From an uncultured Verrucomicrobiae bacterium (GTDB lineage Bacteria > Verrucomicrobiota > Verrucomicrobiia > Limisphaerales > JAFGQR01): DNA of 64,000 nt. Below the pieces are notes generated by a model that worked only from the letters and a program-made list of their open reading frames with translations, searched no databases and was not told the origin of the DNA. The DNA lies in contig CAWBHS010000007.1 in the NCBI GenBank assembly GCA_963788655.1, forward strand, positions 1 to 64,000. The letters are read 5' to 3'. Each line of letters starts with the position of its first letter. Position 1 is the stretch's first letter. Position numbers and translations under genes: made by a program. Shown here piece by piece: positions 51,183 through 61,313 of this stretch.

Positions 51183-54100
51183 CTACAGCGTTTTCAAGTA
51201 GGCGTAGAGATCGGCCAGCCCCTGGGAAGTGAGCCCTCGCAACAAACCGGAGGGCATGATCGATTGGGTCGTCTTCAGCGCGGAAATAATGTTGTCGGGG
51301 GCAAGCCGCACGGTGCTGGTGGCGGTGGTTTGCACCAACACGCTTTCGGCAGTGTCGGAAACTACCAGTCCAGTGATCGTGCGTTTGTCCGTGGTCCGAA
51401 AGGTGGTGTTGCGATACGGCTCGGTGACATTGCGATTGGGAAACACGATGGCCTCGAACAATTCGGTGGACGAGCGACGCGCGGTGATGCCGCTGAGGGA
51501 TGGTCCCAAAGAGGCACCGGTCGAGTGACACAATTGACAACTCCGCTCGCTAAAAATCATTCGCCCCCGATTGGGATTGCCCAGATGCCAGGGAACGGCT
51601 TTGAGTTTCAGGCTCCACATCGCGGGATCGTCGCGGGTGTCGCCGTCGAGCAAACGGCGCAAGCGCGGATTGCGTTGCTCGCACCAGTCGAACACGGGGC
51701 GATAGGCTGCTTCCACCATGCCGGGCGGGCCGGCCACGTCGCGAACACGAAAGGTGTGTTTGGTTTCTTTCTCGATCAAGGACAACGTTTGCGCGCGCAG
51801 CACCTGTTGGTCCGGTTCCTGGAACAAGCGTCGCAAATACATTAACGCGGGCAACACGCCCCGCCCAGTGCCGGAGCCGGGCAGTTGCTGCAAGGCCGCA
51901 AGGCAGGTCCGCGCTACTTGCGGTTGCGATGAACTCAATCCCGCCAGGAATTTGTCGCGGTCAACGACGGCCGGTTGTTGCGCCAGTTTCACGACCAAGT
52001 CATCGCGCAGCACGGTATTGGTCCATTGCTGGCGAAACAGCGGCCGGACTTGCGCGGCCGGCAACGCTGCCAGCACGTCCACCAGCGGGCCGGACCAACG
52101 GAAGCGGGGATTCTGTTGCACGGCCTTGAGAAACAAGCGGGCGGCCGGCGTAAAATGTTCGGAGCCCAGGATGCTGACCAACGGCACGTGGGCCGGCGCC
52201 ACGAATAACGGATTCTGGAGTAGCGCGTTTGCCAACGGCGGATCGCGGCGCAGCAAATTCTGCACGACCTCCGCCAACCGGTCCTTCCACCGAAGCTGCG
52301 GGCGGTTTTCGCGGCCCCGTAATTTGTGGTCCAGCGCCAGAATGTCCTGGGCCAGGGCGGGGGTCGCGTCGGCCGGTAAATCTCCAGTCAGCCGCGACAA
52401 GACGGTCAGGTAATGGAAATCATCCGGCGCCGCGGTCTGGGCCGTGATCAAACGCAAAACCTTCGTCGAGGTTACTGGCGAATCATCCTGCACCATGGCC
52501 AGCAACCGCGCCGCTTCCCACGTCACCTCGGGATCGGGATCGGGGAAAACCACGCGCGCCGAATTGCGAATTCTTTGCACCAACGCCTGGTGCGCCTGCA
52601 AATCCACCGCCGGCTCGTACGCCGCATACGCTTCGAGCGTGGGATTCTCCAACCGGTAACCGCCCAAGCCAAGCGTCACGAGGCGGAGCGCTTCCAGGCG
52701 GGTTTGCTTGTCCTTGGAGTTGGCCAAAGCGGTGAGCGCGGCTTCGACCGCTTCGGTGTTAAGCGCATTGTCAGGACTGCGCCACAGAAAGGCCATGGTC
52801 GCCGTCAACCGCGCCAGCGGCGAGGCCTCGGCTTGCCGCGCCCATAATTCCCGCCAGGCTGGTTCCGGCAATAGACGGGCCAAGCGGGCGGCACCTTGGC
52901 GAACACGTTTTTCCGGACTTCCCAGATTGGCGTCGATGGCTCGTTGCAGAATGGCCAGATCCAGGCCGGCAGCATGGTCGCCCAAGGCGTCCAGCGCGAA
53001 CCGTCGGACTTGCGGATCAGCGTCGCCCGCCAGCCGCAGAAGCAGCGCCGCGCCATTGGGGACGGGAGCGCGACCGAGCGACCAGGCCACCCGGGCGCGC
53101 ACAAACGACACCGGAGAATTCGCCCCGGCCAGAGCCGCCGCCGGAGACAGCCCCCCGAACAGCTCGGTCAGAATCTCGATGCTTCGAACTCGTGCCGACG
53201 GCGTCTGCCGATTGTCCGCCACCGCCTGCGCGAACGGTTCAGGGCCCACCTTGCGGGCAACGGGCAACCACTCCGCCCGCGACCAGGCAGCCAACGGCTC
53301 CGGTGCGCTTAGGACCGGCTGGAGATCCAAAGTAACCAAATTCAACCAATTATTGGCCGCAACTTCTTGTTGGCCGGGCGGGTACTCGATCCGGTAAATG
53401 GACCCGCGCGTCCGGCTGCCCCCAGCCGCCACCAACAGCGCGCCGTCGGGGGCCACTGCCAGATCGATGGGGGCGAAACCGAACGAGCCGATGGATTCAA
53501 GAAACACGTCGGGATTCGCGCGGTACGTCGCACCATTCGGCAGCAGGGGTGAGAAGTAAACCCGCCCCGAACTCCAGTCGCAGGCAAACAGGCCGTTGCG
53601 GAAGGCCAAGGGAAACTGGTAATGCCGGTAACAGACCACCCCGGAAGGAATGGCATGGCCGACCGGTGCTAACAGACTGACTGTGTCCGGAGAATACGGC
53701 GGTCTCGGCCAGCTTTCGCGCTGCCCGCGCAGACGCCAACCATGGTGGCCGGCGTAACCGACGTGGTAGAGCCGCGCCGGCAGATACCACGGTAAAAACA
53801 GATCGCCTTGCGCGTCGCTGTCAAACGTAAACAGGTCGCCCAGCCAATTGAAGTCAAAGTCCTGCGGACTGCGGAATCCCTGGGCAATGCACTCCGAACC
53901 GCGGCCATCCGGCCGGAGCCGCAGCATGGCGCCGCCTTCAATGTTTTGGATTGGCGAAGCGGGTAGGGAAACCTGTTCCCGTCCGAAATTCGCCTCGTTG
54001 CCGGCCACCAGATACAACCAGCCATCGGGACCCTTGCGAATCGAACCGGCGCCATGCCCGGCGGTTTCGATGGGCATCAACACTTGCGGAGGACCATCCG

Positions 54101-54509
54101 CCTGGCCGTCGCCATCCAGGTCCGTGTAAACCCGCAGCGCACTATCGCCCACGCAAAAAAGGTTGGGGCCATCGAAACAAAGTCCCTGTGCGCCCGCCGT
54201 CATTGGCGCAAATTCCACGGCCGTTTCCGCCGCGCCGCTGCCATCGGTGTCGAGCAGCGTGCGAATGTATCCCGGACCGCTGACCACCACGCGTCCCTGG
54301 GAATCAATGGTCATGGCGCGGATGTCGTTGGCCAGATCAGCATCGGCCCACAACGTGAGCCGGAAGCCTCGAGCCACCCGCAGGCCCAGCGGTTCGACCG
54401 GCACCAGATCGGCGGCCGACAGGGAACCGGTCAGGCCGAGCCCCAAGCCGCAGGCCAGGGCGGCGAGGGACAACAGCGTCCGCCGGTTTAAATACCGTTG
54501 AGGTTGCAT
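51183..54509 (-). CDS. PVC-type heme-binding CxxCH protein (beta-propeller, HEAT repeats, cytochrome c domain)
   Basis: GFRLTLWA, GPDGWLY, GFRSPQDFDF, P.DLAVAPDGAL, HEAT repeats, GRMIF..SCQLCH..GPSL, SIMPSGL. Confidence 0.9.
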   Translation of the reverse strand: MQPQRYLNRRTLLSLAALACGLGLGLTGSLSAADLVPVEPLGLRVARGFRLTLWADADLANDIRAMTIDSQGRVVVSGPGYIRTLLDTDGSGAAETAVEFAPMTAGAQGLCFDGPNLFCVGDSALRVYTDLDGDGQADGPPQVLMPIETAGHGAGSIRKGPDGWLYLVAGNEANFGREQVSLPASPIQNIEGGAMLRLRPDGRGSECIAQGFRSPQDFDFNWLGDLFTFDSDAQGDLFLPWYLPARLYHVGYAGHHGWRLRGQRESWPRPPYSPDTVSLLAPVGHAIPSGVVCYRHYQFPLAFRNGLFACDWSSGRVYFSPLLPNGATYRANPDVFLESIGSFGFAPIDLAVAPDGALLVAAGGSRTRGSIYRIEYPPGQQEVAANNWLNLVTLDLQPVLSAPEPLAAWSRAEWLPVARKVGPEPFAQAVADNRQTPSARVRSIEILTELFGGLSPAAALAGANSPVSFVRARVAWSLGRAPVPNGAALLLRLAGDADPQVRRFALDALGDHAAGLDLAILQRAIDANLGSPEKRVRQGAARLARLLPEPAWRELWARQAEASPLARLTATMAFLWRSPDNALNTEAVEAALTALANSKDKQTRLEALRLVTLGLGGYRLENPTLEAYAAYEPAVDLQAHQALVQRIRNSARVVFPDPDPEVTWEAARLLAMVQDDSPVTSTKVLRLITAQTAAPDDFHYLTVLSRLTGDLPADATPALAQDILALDHKLRGRENRPQLRWKDRLAEVVQNLLRRDPPLANALLQNPLFVAPAHVPLVSILGSEHFTPAARLFLKAVQQNPRFRWSGPLVDVLAALPAAQVRPLFRQQWTNTVLRDDLVVKLAQQPAVVDRDKFLAGLSSSQPQVARTCLAALQQLPGSGTGRGVLPALMYLRRLFQEPDQQVLRAQTLSLIEKETKHTFRVRDVAGPPGMVEAAYRPVFDWCEQRNPRLRRLLDGDTRDDPAMWSLKLKAVPWHLGNPNRGRMIFSERSCQLCHSTGASLGPSLSGITARRSSTELFEAIVFPNRNVTEPYRNTTFRTTDKRTITGLVVSDTAESVLVQTTATSTVRLAPDNIISALKTTQSIMPSGLLRGLTSQGLADLYAYLKTL

Positions 54510-54574
54510 GGTGTAATTAAGAAGGGAACGAGCGCGAAGTCGAGCGGGAATCGCCTGGCTGACCGTAGCGGCGG

Positions 54575-54679
54575 TTTTGGAGTGCGGTGGCAGAGCGCAG
54601 CGACGACACCGCTTTCGAATGATACTTGATTCCCGCGGCCAAAGCGGCGTGGCGCTTCACTTCCCGCTGCATTCCAAAA
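54575..54679. repeat. Inverted REP doublet (TTGGAGTGCG type)
   Basis: ttttggagtgcgg..accgcttt and aaagcggc..gcattccaaaa; a related half-site is at 48542-48571. Confidence 0.78.
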
Positions 54680-54729
54680 TTTGCAGACGAGCATTGACCC
54701 GCGCCAAGCGCCCGGATTGATTAGCTGGT

Positions 54730-55353
54730 ATGTCGCGCACGCAAGACCAGCCCGCCGGTACCCGACCGGCAATCATCTACCCGCCGCCGTCCTACGTGGA
54801 GCGGCTGGATTGGGCGAACGTGTTCCGTCGCGGCCAGCCGGTGGAAATCGAATTGGGCAGTGGTGACGGATCGTTCTTGATCCAATGGGCCGGACTGCAC
54901 CCGGAACGCAATTTCCTGGGCGTGGAACGGCTCAAGGGACGGTTGCGCAAGCTGGAGCGTAAAGGTGCGCGCGCCGGTTTGGAAAATCTGCGCGGCCTGC
55001 GGCTCGAGGCCGGCTATTTCGTCGAATATCTGGTGCCGGTGGCGAGCGTGGATGCCTTTCATGTCTATTTTCCGGATCCCTGGCCCAAACGGAAACATCA
55101 ACGGCATCGGCTGATGAACCCGCGGTTTGCCGAAGCGGTCAGCCTGGCGCTGCAACCGGGAGGTTCCATTTACCTGCGCACCGATGATCCCGGTTACTTT
55201 GACATCATGCGCGAGGTGTTCGGCAGCCAGGCACGGTTCGCGCCGGTGGAGACTCCGTCCGAATTGAGCGCCGTGCTGACCGACTTCGAACGGGAGTTTC
55301 AGGCGCGGGGCGTCAAAACGTTGCGGGCGGCTTATCGGTTGCAGGCAGGCTAA
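54730..55353 (+). CDS. trmB: tRNA (guanine-N7)-methyltransferase
   Basis: EIELGSGDG, NFLGVE, YFPDPWPKRKH..HRL, LRTD, TDFE. Confidence 0.95.
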   Translation: MSRTQDQPAGTRPAIIYPPPSYVERLDWANVFRRGQPVEIELGSGDGSFLIQWAGLHPERNFLGVERLKGRLRKLERKGARAGLENLRGLRLEAGYFVEYLVPVASVDAFHVYFPDPWPKRKHQRHRLMNPRFAEAVSLALQPGGSIYLRTDDPGYFDIMREVFGSQARFAPVETPSELSAVLTDFEREFQARGVKTLRAAYRLQAG

Positions 55354-55790
55354 ACGTCAATAATCGGTCCGCCGTCGTCCTTGCGGGAGCGCCGCTGCCG
55401 GCGTGACGAGTGGCGATACTCGAGGCGCGCGGAGGGTTTGCCAACCAGCACATTGAGCATCAGCGAAACCAAGCTGATGACCAGTGCCCCCCAAAACGCC
55501 GCACTGAAGGAGGTGACATAGAATCCGGACACCAGCCAGCCGACGAAGTAAAGCAACCCGGCGTTGATGACGAGCGTGAACAATCCCAGCGTCACGAACA
55601 GCAGCGGGAGCGACAACAACATCAGCACCGGGCGGACGAAGGCATTCAGCAATCCCAGCAACAGCGAAGCCAGAATCAAATCCAGAGGCCGCTGATACTG
55701 GATGCCGCTGCTCACCACCTGCGAGGCAATCAACACACCGACCGTGTTGATGGCCCACCGCAGTACAAACGTTTTCAGCCTGGTTGGCAT
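55350..55790 (-). CDS. 4-TM 'phage holin family' (YvlD-like) membrane protein
   Basis: LLNAFVRPVL..LSLP...TLGLFTLVINA, F..AFWGALVISLVS; no phage context. Confidence 0.88.
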   Translation of the reverse strand: MPTRLKTFVLRWAINTVGVLIASQVVSSGIQYQRPLDLILASLLLGLLNAFVRPVLMLLSLPLLFVTLGLFTLVINAGLLYFVGWLVSGFYVTSFSAAFWGALVISLVSLMLNVLVGKPSARLEYRHSSRRQRRSRKDDGGPIIDV

Positions 55791-55924
55791 GGCAGAACAA
55801 TTTGCAACAGGCACCGGTGGATGACAAGGAACGAGTTCCCCACCGACTGTAACTGCCGGCCATGCCCCTGCGACATACCGCTAACGATTGGCTCTGCAAC
55901 CTCGAGCATTAACCGATAACCGTT

Positions 55925-56100
55925 CAGGTAGGGCGAGACTCCGTCGAGCCCTGATTTCTCCGCATCGTCGTCCACCTTAAAATGCCGTTACCGCGGGAAG
56001 TCTTCGAGCCTTCGAACGTCATGAATTGCCCCTTGTTCACGCTACGGTTTGCGAGTGTGCTGCGGGAAAGTCAGGGCTCGACGGAGTCTCGCCCTACCTG
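55925..56100. repeat. REPIN-like element (GTAGGGCGAGAC family), copy 2
   Basis: Same inverted arms as 51000-51167 with a diverged spacer of similar length. Confidence 0.93.
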
Positions 56101-56203
56101 GTGTTTGGTAGTGGTTCTGCCGCGTTGGGTTCATCCGTGGTTCAACTGAATCGCTGCGGCTTGGCTCTTGATGAACCGCGCCGACTCTGCGAGCATTTTT
56201 CCG

Positions 56204-58114
56204 ATGAACTCGGTGTCCAAAACGTTCTGCTTTCTCGGCCTGGCCTCCTGGCTACTCGCGACGCCCGCGGGGGCGCAGCGGCAAATGGAAAATCTCACGC
56301 GAGGGATGGTGGCGGTCAAACAGGCCGAAGGCGGCGTGTATGTGGGATGGCGGATGTTTGGCACCGATCCCACGAACATCGCGTTCAATCTCTACCGCAT
56401 CGCCAACGGCGGCGCACCGGTCAAAGTCAATGCTCAGCCCATCACTGACTCGACGAACTTCCAGGATCGCGCCGCGGACACGAGTCAAACGCTGGAATAT
56501 TTCGTTCGCCCAATCCTGAATGGCCAGGAACTCGCGTCCTCGAAATCCGTTCGCGCGTGGGCAAACAATTATCTCGAAATCCCCATTGAATCCCTGCCCG
56601 GTTATCGTCCCGGCGATGCCTCGATTGCCGACCTGGATGGCGACGGCGAGTATGAAATCGTTTTGCACCAGACCTCGCGCGGCCAGGACAATTCCTTTCC
56701 GGGTATCACGGGAACGCCGGTTTTGGACGCCTACAAACTGGATGGCACGCACTTGTGGCGCATCGATCTGGGCATCAACATTCGCGAAGGTGAGCACTAC
56801 ACCCAGTTCATGGTCTATGACCTGGACGGCGACGGCAAAGCCGAAGTCGCCTGCAAGACCGCCGACGGAACGAAGGACGGCACGGGCAAAATCATTGGCG
56901 ACCCGACGAAGGACTGGCGCAATCACGACCAACGCTCACGCCGGTATGGCCGCATTCTCGAGGGGCCGGAGTACTTCACGATCTTCGATGGACAAACCGG
57001 CGCCGCGTTAAAAACCGTGGACTACATCCCCAGCCGCGAACCGATCGATGGGTGGGGCGGTATTGGCGGCAACGGCGGCAATGACAGTTACGGCAATCGC
57101 TGTGACCGGTTTCTCGCGTGCGTGGCTTACCTGGACGGCGAACATCCGAGCGTGGTAATGTGCCGCGGTGTTTACGGGCGCATCGTGATGGTGGCCTGGG
57201 ACTGGCGGCACGGGAAATTGACCAAGCGCTGGGTGTTTGACTCCGGCGTCAGTTACCCGCCGTTTGCGGATGCTTCACCATACTCCGGCATGGGCGGCCA
57301 TTCGCTGTCGGTGGCGGACGTGGATGGCGACGGCAAGGACGAGATTGTTTATCAGGCGATGACCGTGGATGACAACGGTCAGGGGCTTTACTCGACCGGT
57401 CGGCGTCATGGTGACGCGATGCACATCGGCGATTTTGATCCAGACCGACCAGGGCTCGAATTGTTCTTGATCACCGAAAACGAGGACCGGACGGTGCGCT
57501 TCCAAACTCCCGGAGCAGGCATGCACGACGCCCGCACCGGCGCGGCGATTTGGAGCCATAGTCCGGGCATCGACGTGGGAGGCGGGCTGGTGGCGGATAT
57601 TGATCCGCGCCATCGGGGTTGCGAAGCCTGGGGCGGCCCCGGTGGATTGCGTGACGCGCAAGGAAAAGAAATCGGACCCAAACCGCGGAACACGCGTTGG
57701 GCGATTTGGTGGGACGGCGATCTGTTGCGCGAATTACTGGACGGGACCACGGTTACCAAATGGAATTGGGAAACCGCGAGCGAAGAAAAACTGTTCGCGA
57801 CCGGCCTCCGCGCGCGGGCGCGCAATCCCAATCTCGCCGGCGACTTCCTCGGCGACTGGCGCGAGGAATTGTTGCTCGCGGCACCCGATGGCCGGTCCCT
57901 GCGGCTTTATACGACGACCATTCCGACCAAGCACCGCCTGTACACGCTGATGCATGATCCGCAATACCGGTTGGCCATTGCCTGGCAGAACGTGGTCTAT
58001 AACAAGCCGCCGCATCCAAGCTTTTATCTCGGCGATGGAATGGCGGAACCGCCACGGCCGAATATTCGGTTGATCGGAAAAGGGGAGGCGATTCGCCGAG
58101 TCAATGACCAATGA
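56204..58114 (+). CDS. Rhamnogalacturonan lyase (PL11, YesW-like), secreted
   Basis: RQMENL.RG.VAV, DLDGDGEYE, HYTQFMVYDLDGDGKAE, YGNRCDRFLA, HGDAMH, LMHDPQYR..AWQN..YN.PPHPSFYLG. Confidence 0.93.
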   Translation: MNSVSKTFCFLGLASWLLATPAGAQRQMENLTRGMVAVKQAEGGVYVGWRMFGTDPTNIAFNLYRIANGGAPVKVNAQPITDSTNFQDRAADTSQTLEYFVRPILNGQELASSKSVRAWANNYLEIPIESLPGYRPGDASIADLDGDGEYEIVLHQTSRGQDNSFPGITGTPVLDAYKLDGTHLWRIDLGINIREGEHYTQFMVYDLDGDGKAEVACKTADGTKDGTGKIIGDPTKDWRNHDQRSRRYGRILEGPEYFTIFDGQTGAALKTVDYIPSREPIDGWGGIGGNGGNDSYGNRCDRFLACVAYLDGEHPSVVMCRGVYGRIVMVAWDWRHGKLTKRWVFDSGVSYPPFADASPYSGMGGHSLSVADVDGDGKDEIVYQAMTVDDNGQGLYSTGRRHGDAMHIGDFDPDRPGLELFLITENEDRTVRFQTPGAGMHDARTGAAIWSHSPGIDVGGGLVADIDPRHRGCEAWGGPGGLRDAQGKEIGPKPRNTRWAIWWDGDLLRELLDGTTVTKWNWETASEEKLFATGLRARARNPNLAGDFLGDWREELLLAAPDGRSLRLYTTTIPTKHRLYTLMHDPQYRLAIAWQNVVYNKPPHPSFYLGDGMAEPPRPNIRLIGKGEAIRRVNDQ

Positions 58115-58258
58115 CCAAAGCCCAATGACCAGAGAATTACCAAGGTCCAATGACCAGTTGACCAATGACCAGTTGACCAAGGGGAGGCGGCACGGATTTG
58201 CACTGGAGCTTGGGGATTGGGGCATTCTTTGGTCATTGGGCTTTGGTCATTGGTCATT
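58102..58258. repeat. Inverted AATGACC/GGTCATT heptamer element, copy 2
   Basis: caatgacc units with an inverted ggtcattg arm; overlaps the PL11 stop codon. Confidence 0.88.
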
Positions 58259-58349
58259 TTGCACTGGTTGGCGAGGCGCCAACCGCTGCACCCGAGGCGG
58301 GCGCGCTCCCCGCCCTGGTGCGTCGCTCAGGCTTCGCTTGTTCGTCTCG

Positions 58350-60134
58350 ATGTTGTTCGGCGCCTTGACGGTCTCGGCGGGCACGATTGAAACGTTGGAC
58401 CACCAGGCCTACGAGGGCACGATCCGCTGGAATGAGGGAACAAAGCTCAGCATCCAAACCAGCAATGGCGCCACCCACCAGATTTCACTGGATCAATTGC
58501 GGTATGCGTCCTTGAAGCCGGCGCCGGAGGTCGCGGGACGATTGCCGCGCGGTTGGAGCGCCGAAGACATTGACCAGGTTCAGGGGAACTCCGGCGAGCA
58601 GAATGGCGTCTATACATTGCGGGTGCGCGGAGGGCAGGGCAAGGACGTCAAACGTCAAGCCGCGCATTATGCGTATCGCGTTCTGCGGGGCGATGGCGAA
58701 GTGGTGGCGCGCGTAACCAGCGTGCGTGGCAGCAACGGATGTTTGGCTGGCGTGATGATGCGCGAGAATCTCGAACCGCCCGGCGGCTTCGTATGGTTGG
58801 CGGTTGGGGCGGAAGGAACCTTGCACTTGGACGTCCGCGATTATGGCTGGCATGCGCTGCAACGGCGGGACTTGGGTGCCGTTAAATTGCCGGTATGGTT
58901 GAAGCTGGTGCGCCATGAAAAAGACAAGCGAGTCACGGCCTGGCGTTCGGCCAACGGCACCAACTGGCAGGAGGTGGGCCAGAGTCCGATGGGCTGCAAA
59001 TTGGAGCCGTTTCCCGATGACAGCGACCATTGGCGGCCCAAACTGTGCGCGGGGCTGGCGATCCGAGGAGCCAGCACCGAGAACTTGGCCAGCGCTCGCT
59101 TCGATCACGTGGCGCTGACCGCCTACGGACTGTTGGGTGAGTATTTTGCGGACGATCGCTTTCACCGGTTCGTGTTTTCCCGGCCGGACGAGAAAATCCA
59201 ATTCAATTGGGGTGACAATTCCCCGACAGCGGAAATCGAACCGGACCACTTTGCAGTACGCTGGACGGGGAAATTGGAGCCCAAGTTCACGGAAGCGTAT
59301 CGATTTCTTTTGGATGCCGACAATGATGCCTGGCTTTGGTTGGACGGTAAGGAAGTGAAGACCGCCAAGTTTAACCGGGAACGTGACGCAGAGTTGGTGC
59401 CGCTGGTCGCGGGCCAGCGGTACGAGCTCAAACTCGAATTCAAAGAAGGCGCGGGCGCGGCGTCCGTGCGGTTGGGCTGGAGCAGTCATCGGCAGTTCGC
59501 CGAAGTGATTCCTGCCAGCCAGCTCACCTACACCTACGGTCCCGACTCACCGAATGAAGAAGCGACCGAATCCGCTACGAACACGCTTTGCACCAAAGGC
59601 ATCTGGCTGCGTGGGGGAAGCCTGATTGCCGGTGCCATTCAATCCGCCGATAAGACCGCGCTGCACCTGGCCTTTGGCGGCCAACCGGATTTTTCCATTC
59701 TGAATTCGCAAGTCGCCCGGGTGATCTTCCACCGGCCGCGGCGGGCGTCGTGGCTGGAAAACGTGAACAGCCAGGCCGGGGTGCTGTTGAAGACCGGCGA
59801 TCTCCTCGAAGGCGAGTTTGTGAAAATGGATCGCGGCGCGTTGACCATCCAGTCGGTGTTGTTTGGCCAACGGAAATTCTCGCTCGACAACGGGGAATTG
59901 GTGGCGCTGCTGTTGCGCCCCATGGGGAAAGCCCCGGCAACTTTTAAACTGCGATTGGTTTCCGGCTCGGTGCTGCGGATCAACCGCCTGCGCGCGGAGG
60001 GCGATACCTTGCACGTGGAAGATACTTCCTTGGGCGAAGTCGCGATTTCGCAGCAGGTGATTGCGGAAATCGAACGGATCACGACGAGTGAACCGAGCGC
60101 ACTTATGGACGCACAAGCTCCAGGGAAGCAATGA
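58350..60134 (+). CDS. PA14-domain protein with lectin-like beta-sandwich (start uncertain)
   Basis: GLLGEYF..IQFNWG..SP..DHFAVRWTG.LEP (PA14); GDGEVVARV..AGVMMRE..PVWLKLVR domain. Confidence 0.8.
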   Translation: MLFGALTVSAGTIETLDHQAYEGTIRWNEGTKLSIQTSNGATHQISLDQLRYASLKPAPEVAGRLPRGWSAEDIDQVQGNSGEQNGVYTLRVRGGQGKDVKRQAAHYAYRVLRGDGEVVARVTSVRGSNGCLAGVMMRENLEPPGGFVWLAVGAEGTLHLDVRDYGWHALQRRDLGAVKLPVWLKLVRHEKDKRVTAWRSANGTNWQEVGQSPMGCKLEPFPDDSDHWRPKLCAGLAIRGASTENLASARFDHVALTAYGLLGEYFADDRFHRFVFSRPDEKIQFNWGDNSPTAEIEPDHFAVRWTGKLEPKFTEAYRFLLDADNDAWLWLDGKEVKTAKFNRERDAELVPLVAGQRYELKLEFKEGAGAASVRLGWSSHRQFAEVIPASQLTYTYGPDSPNEEATESATNTLCTKGIWLRGGSLIAGAIQSADKTALHLAFGGQPDFSILNSQVARVIFHRPRRASWLENVNSQAGVLLKTGDLLEGEFVKMDRGALTIQSVLFGQRKFSLDNGELVALLLRPMGKAPATFKLRLVSGSVLRINRLRAEGDTLHVEDTSLGEVAISQQVIAEIERITTSEPSALMDAQAPGKQ

Positions 60135-60946
60135 GGGTCGTCAAGGCAATGAACGGTTACACAGCACGGTTCGGCGGCGTTCGCCGATTAGTCGGGGCCG
60201 CGGGACAGGAACGGCTCCGGCAGGCGCATGTCTGCGTGGTGGGGATCGGCGGGGTGGGTTCCTGGGCGGCGGAGGCGCTGGTGCGATCAGGCATTGGACA
60301 ACTCACGTTGGTGGATTTCGATGAGGTGTGCATCAGCAATACCAATCGCCAGGTGGCCGCCTTAACGGGCAACTTCGGTCAGCCCAAAGTGGCGGTGATG
60401 GGGGAACGTCTCCGGGCCATCAATCCTGACGCGGCCGTGAACGCGGTGCAGGCTTTCTTCACGGCGGGCAATGCCGAGCAGCTTTTGGCCACCCCGTATG
60501 ATTTCCTCGTGGACGCCATTGATCGGATTAGCGCCAAATGCCTGCTCATTGCCCGGTGTCGCAACCAGGGGATTCCCGTGATCTGCGCGGGAGCGGCCGG
60601 CGGTCGGCGCGATCCGACGCAGGTGCGGGTGGATGATCTAACGAAGGTGTCGCACGATCGTCTGCTGCAGGCGGTGCGGCGGCGCTTGCGAGCCAAGCAT
60701 ACGTTTCCCCGTCTCCCGAAACCGCTCGGCGTGCCGTGCGTGTATTCACCCGAACCGGTCGTCTATGCGCGGAAGGACGGGACAGTCTGCGTTCAGCGGG
60801 AGAAAAGCGCCGATCTGCGCATCGATTGCAATACGGGTTACGGGACCGCCGCGTTTGTGACCGGCGCATTTGGGTTTGCGGCGGCGGCGTACGTGGTGGC
60901 GCGGCTGACGGAACCAAGCACCAATGAAAGCAACGAAAATAGCTGA
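60131..60946 (+). CDS. tcdA: tRNA threonylcarbamoyladenosine dehydratase (ThiF family)
   Basis: GIGGVGSWAAEAL.RSG, D.VCISNTNRQ, DAID, GGRRDPT, CVYSPE, FVTGAFG. Confidence 0.9.
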   Translation: MRVVKAMNGYTARFGGVRRLVGAAGQERLRQAHVCVVGIGGVGSWAAEALVRSGIGQLTLVDFDEVCISNTNRQVAALTGNFGQPKVAVMGERLRAINPDAAVNAVQAFFTAGNAEQLLATPYDFLVDAIDRISAKCLLIARCRNQGIPVICAGAAGGRRDPTQVRVDDLTKVSHDRLLQAVRRRLRAKHTFPRLPKPLGVPCVYSPEPVVYARKDGTVCVQREKSADLRIDCNTGYGTAAFVTGAFGFAAAAYVVARLTEPSTNESNENS

Positions 60947-61090
60947 AGGGTTGAAGCGCCAGAAAATCGGCGCGCCCTGCGCACACTTTGGATTGTGTAC
61001 CAAGAGCACCGAACAGCGAGGTTAAAACCCAAGGTCCGCAAATATCGAATTCGTACGTCATGATTGCCGAAGGATGGCCTGAAAACATGA

Positions 61091-61165
61091 TGCACCGCAA
61101 AGACACGAAGAGCGCAAAGATGTTGCATGCAACAATCTTTGCGCTCTTCGTGCCTTCGCGGTGCA
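61091..61165. repeat. Long hairpin with 9-bp periodicity between convergent genes
   Basis: tgcaccgcaaagacacgaagagcgcaaagat..atctttgcgctcttcgtgccttcgcggtgca; a related half-site is at 61244-61269. Confidence 0.8.
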
Positions 61166-61313
61166 ATGGGATCATCCGAATCCTCACCTTGGGAGTGGAT
61201 TCCCACGAACCAACATGAATGAAGGATAGACGCCGGCGTGCTGTTTGCGCGTATTTCGCGTTCTTCGCGATGAACTGAGCCAAGTCACCTTACAGCTTAA
61301 AGCAGGCTCAAAA

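Noticed and set aside
55350..55790. Prophage suggested by the holin-family gene
   Set aside because: No phage genes nearby; this family is common in core chromosomes.
58104..58349. N-terminal extension of the PA14 protein
   Set aside because: Made of translated heptamer and REP-like sequence; the real start is probably downstream.
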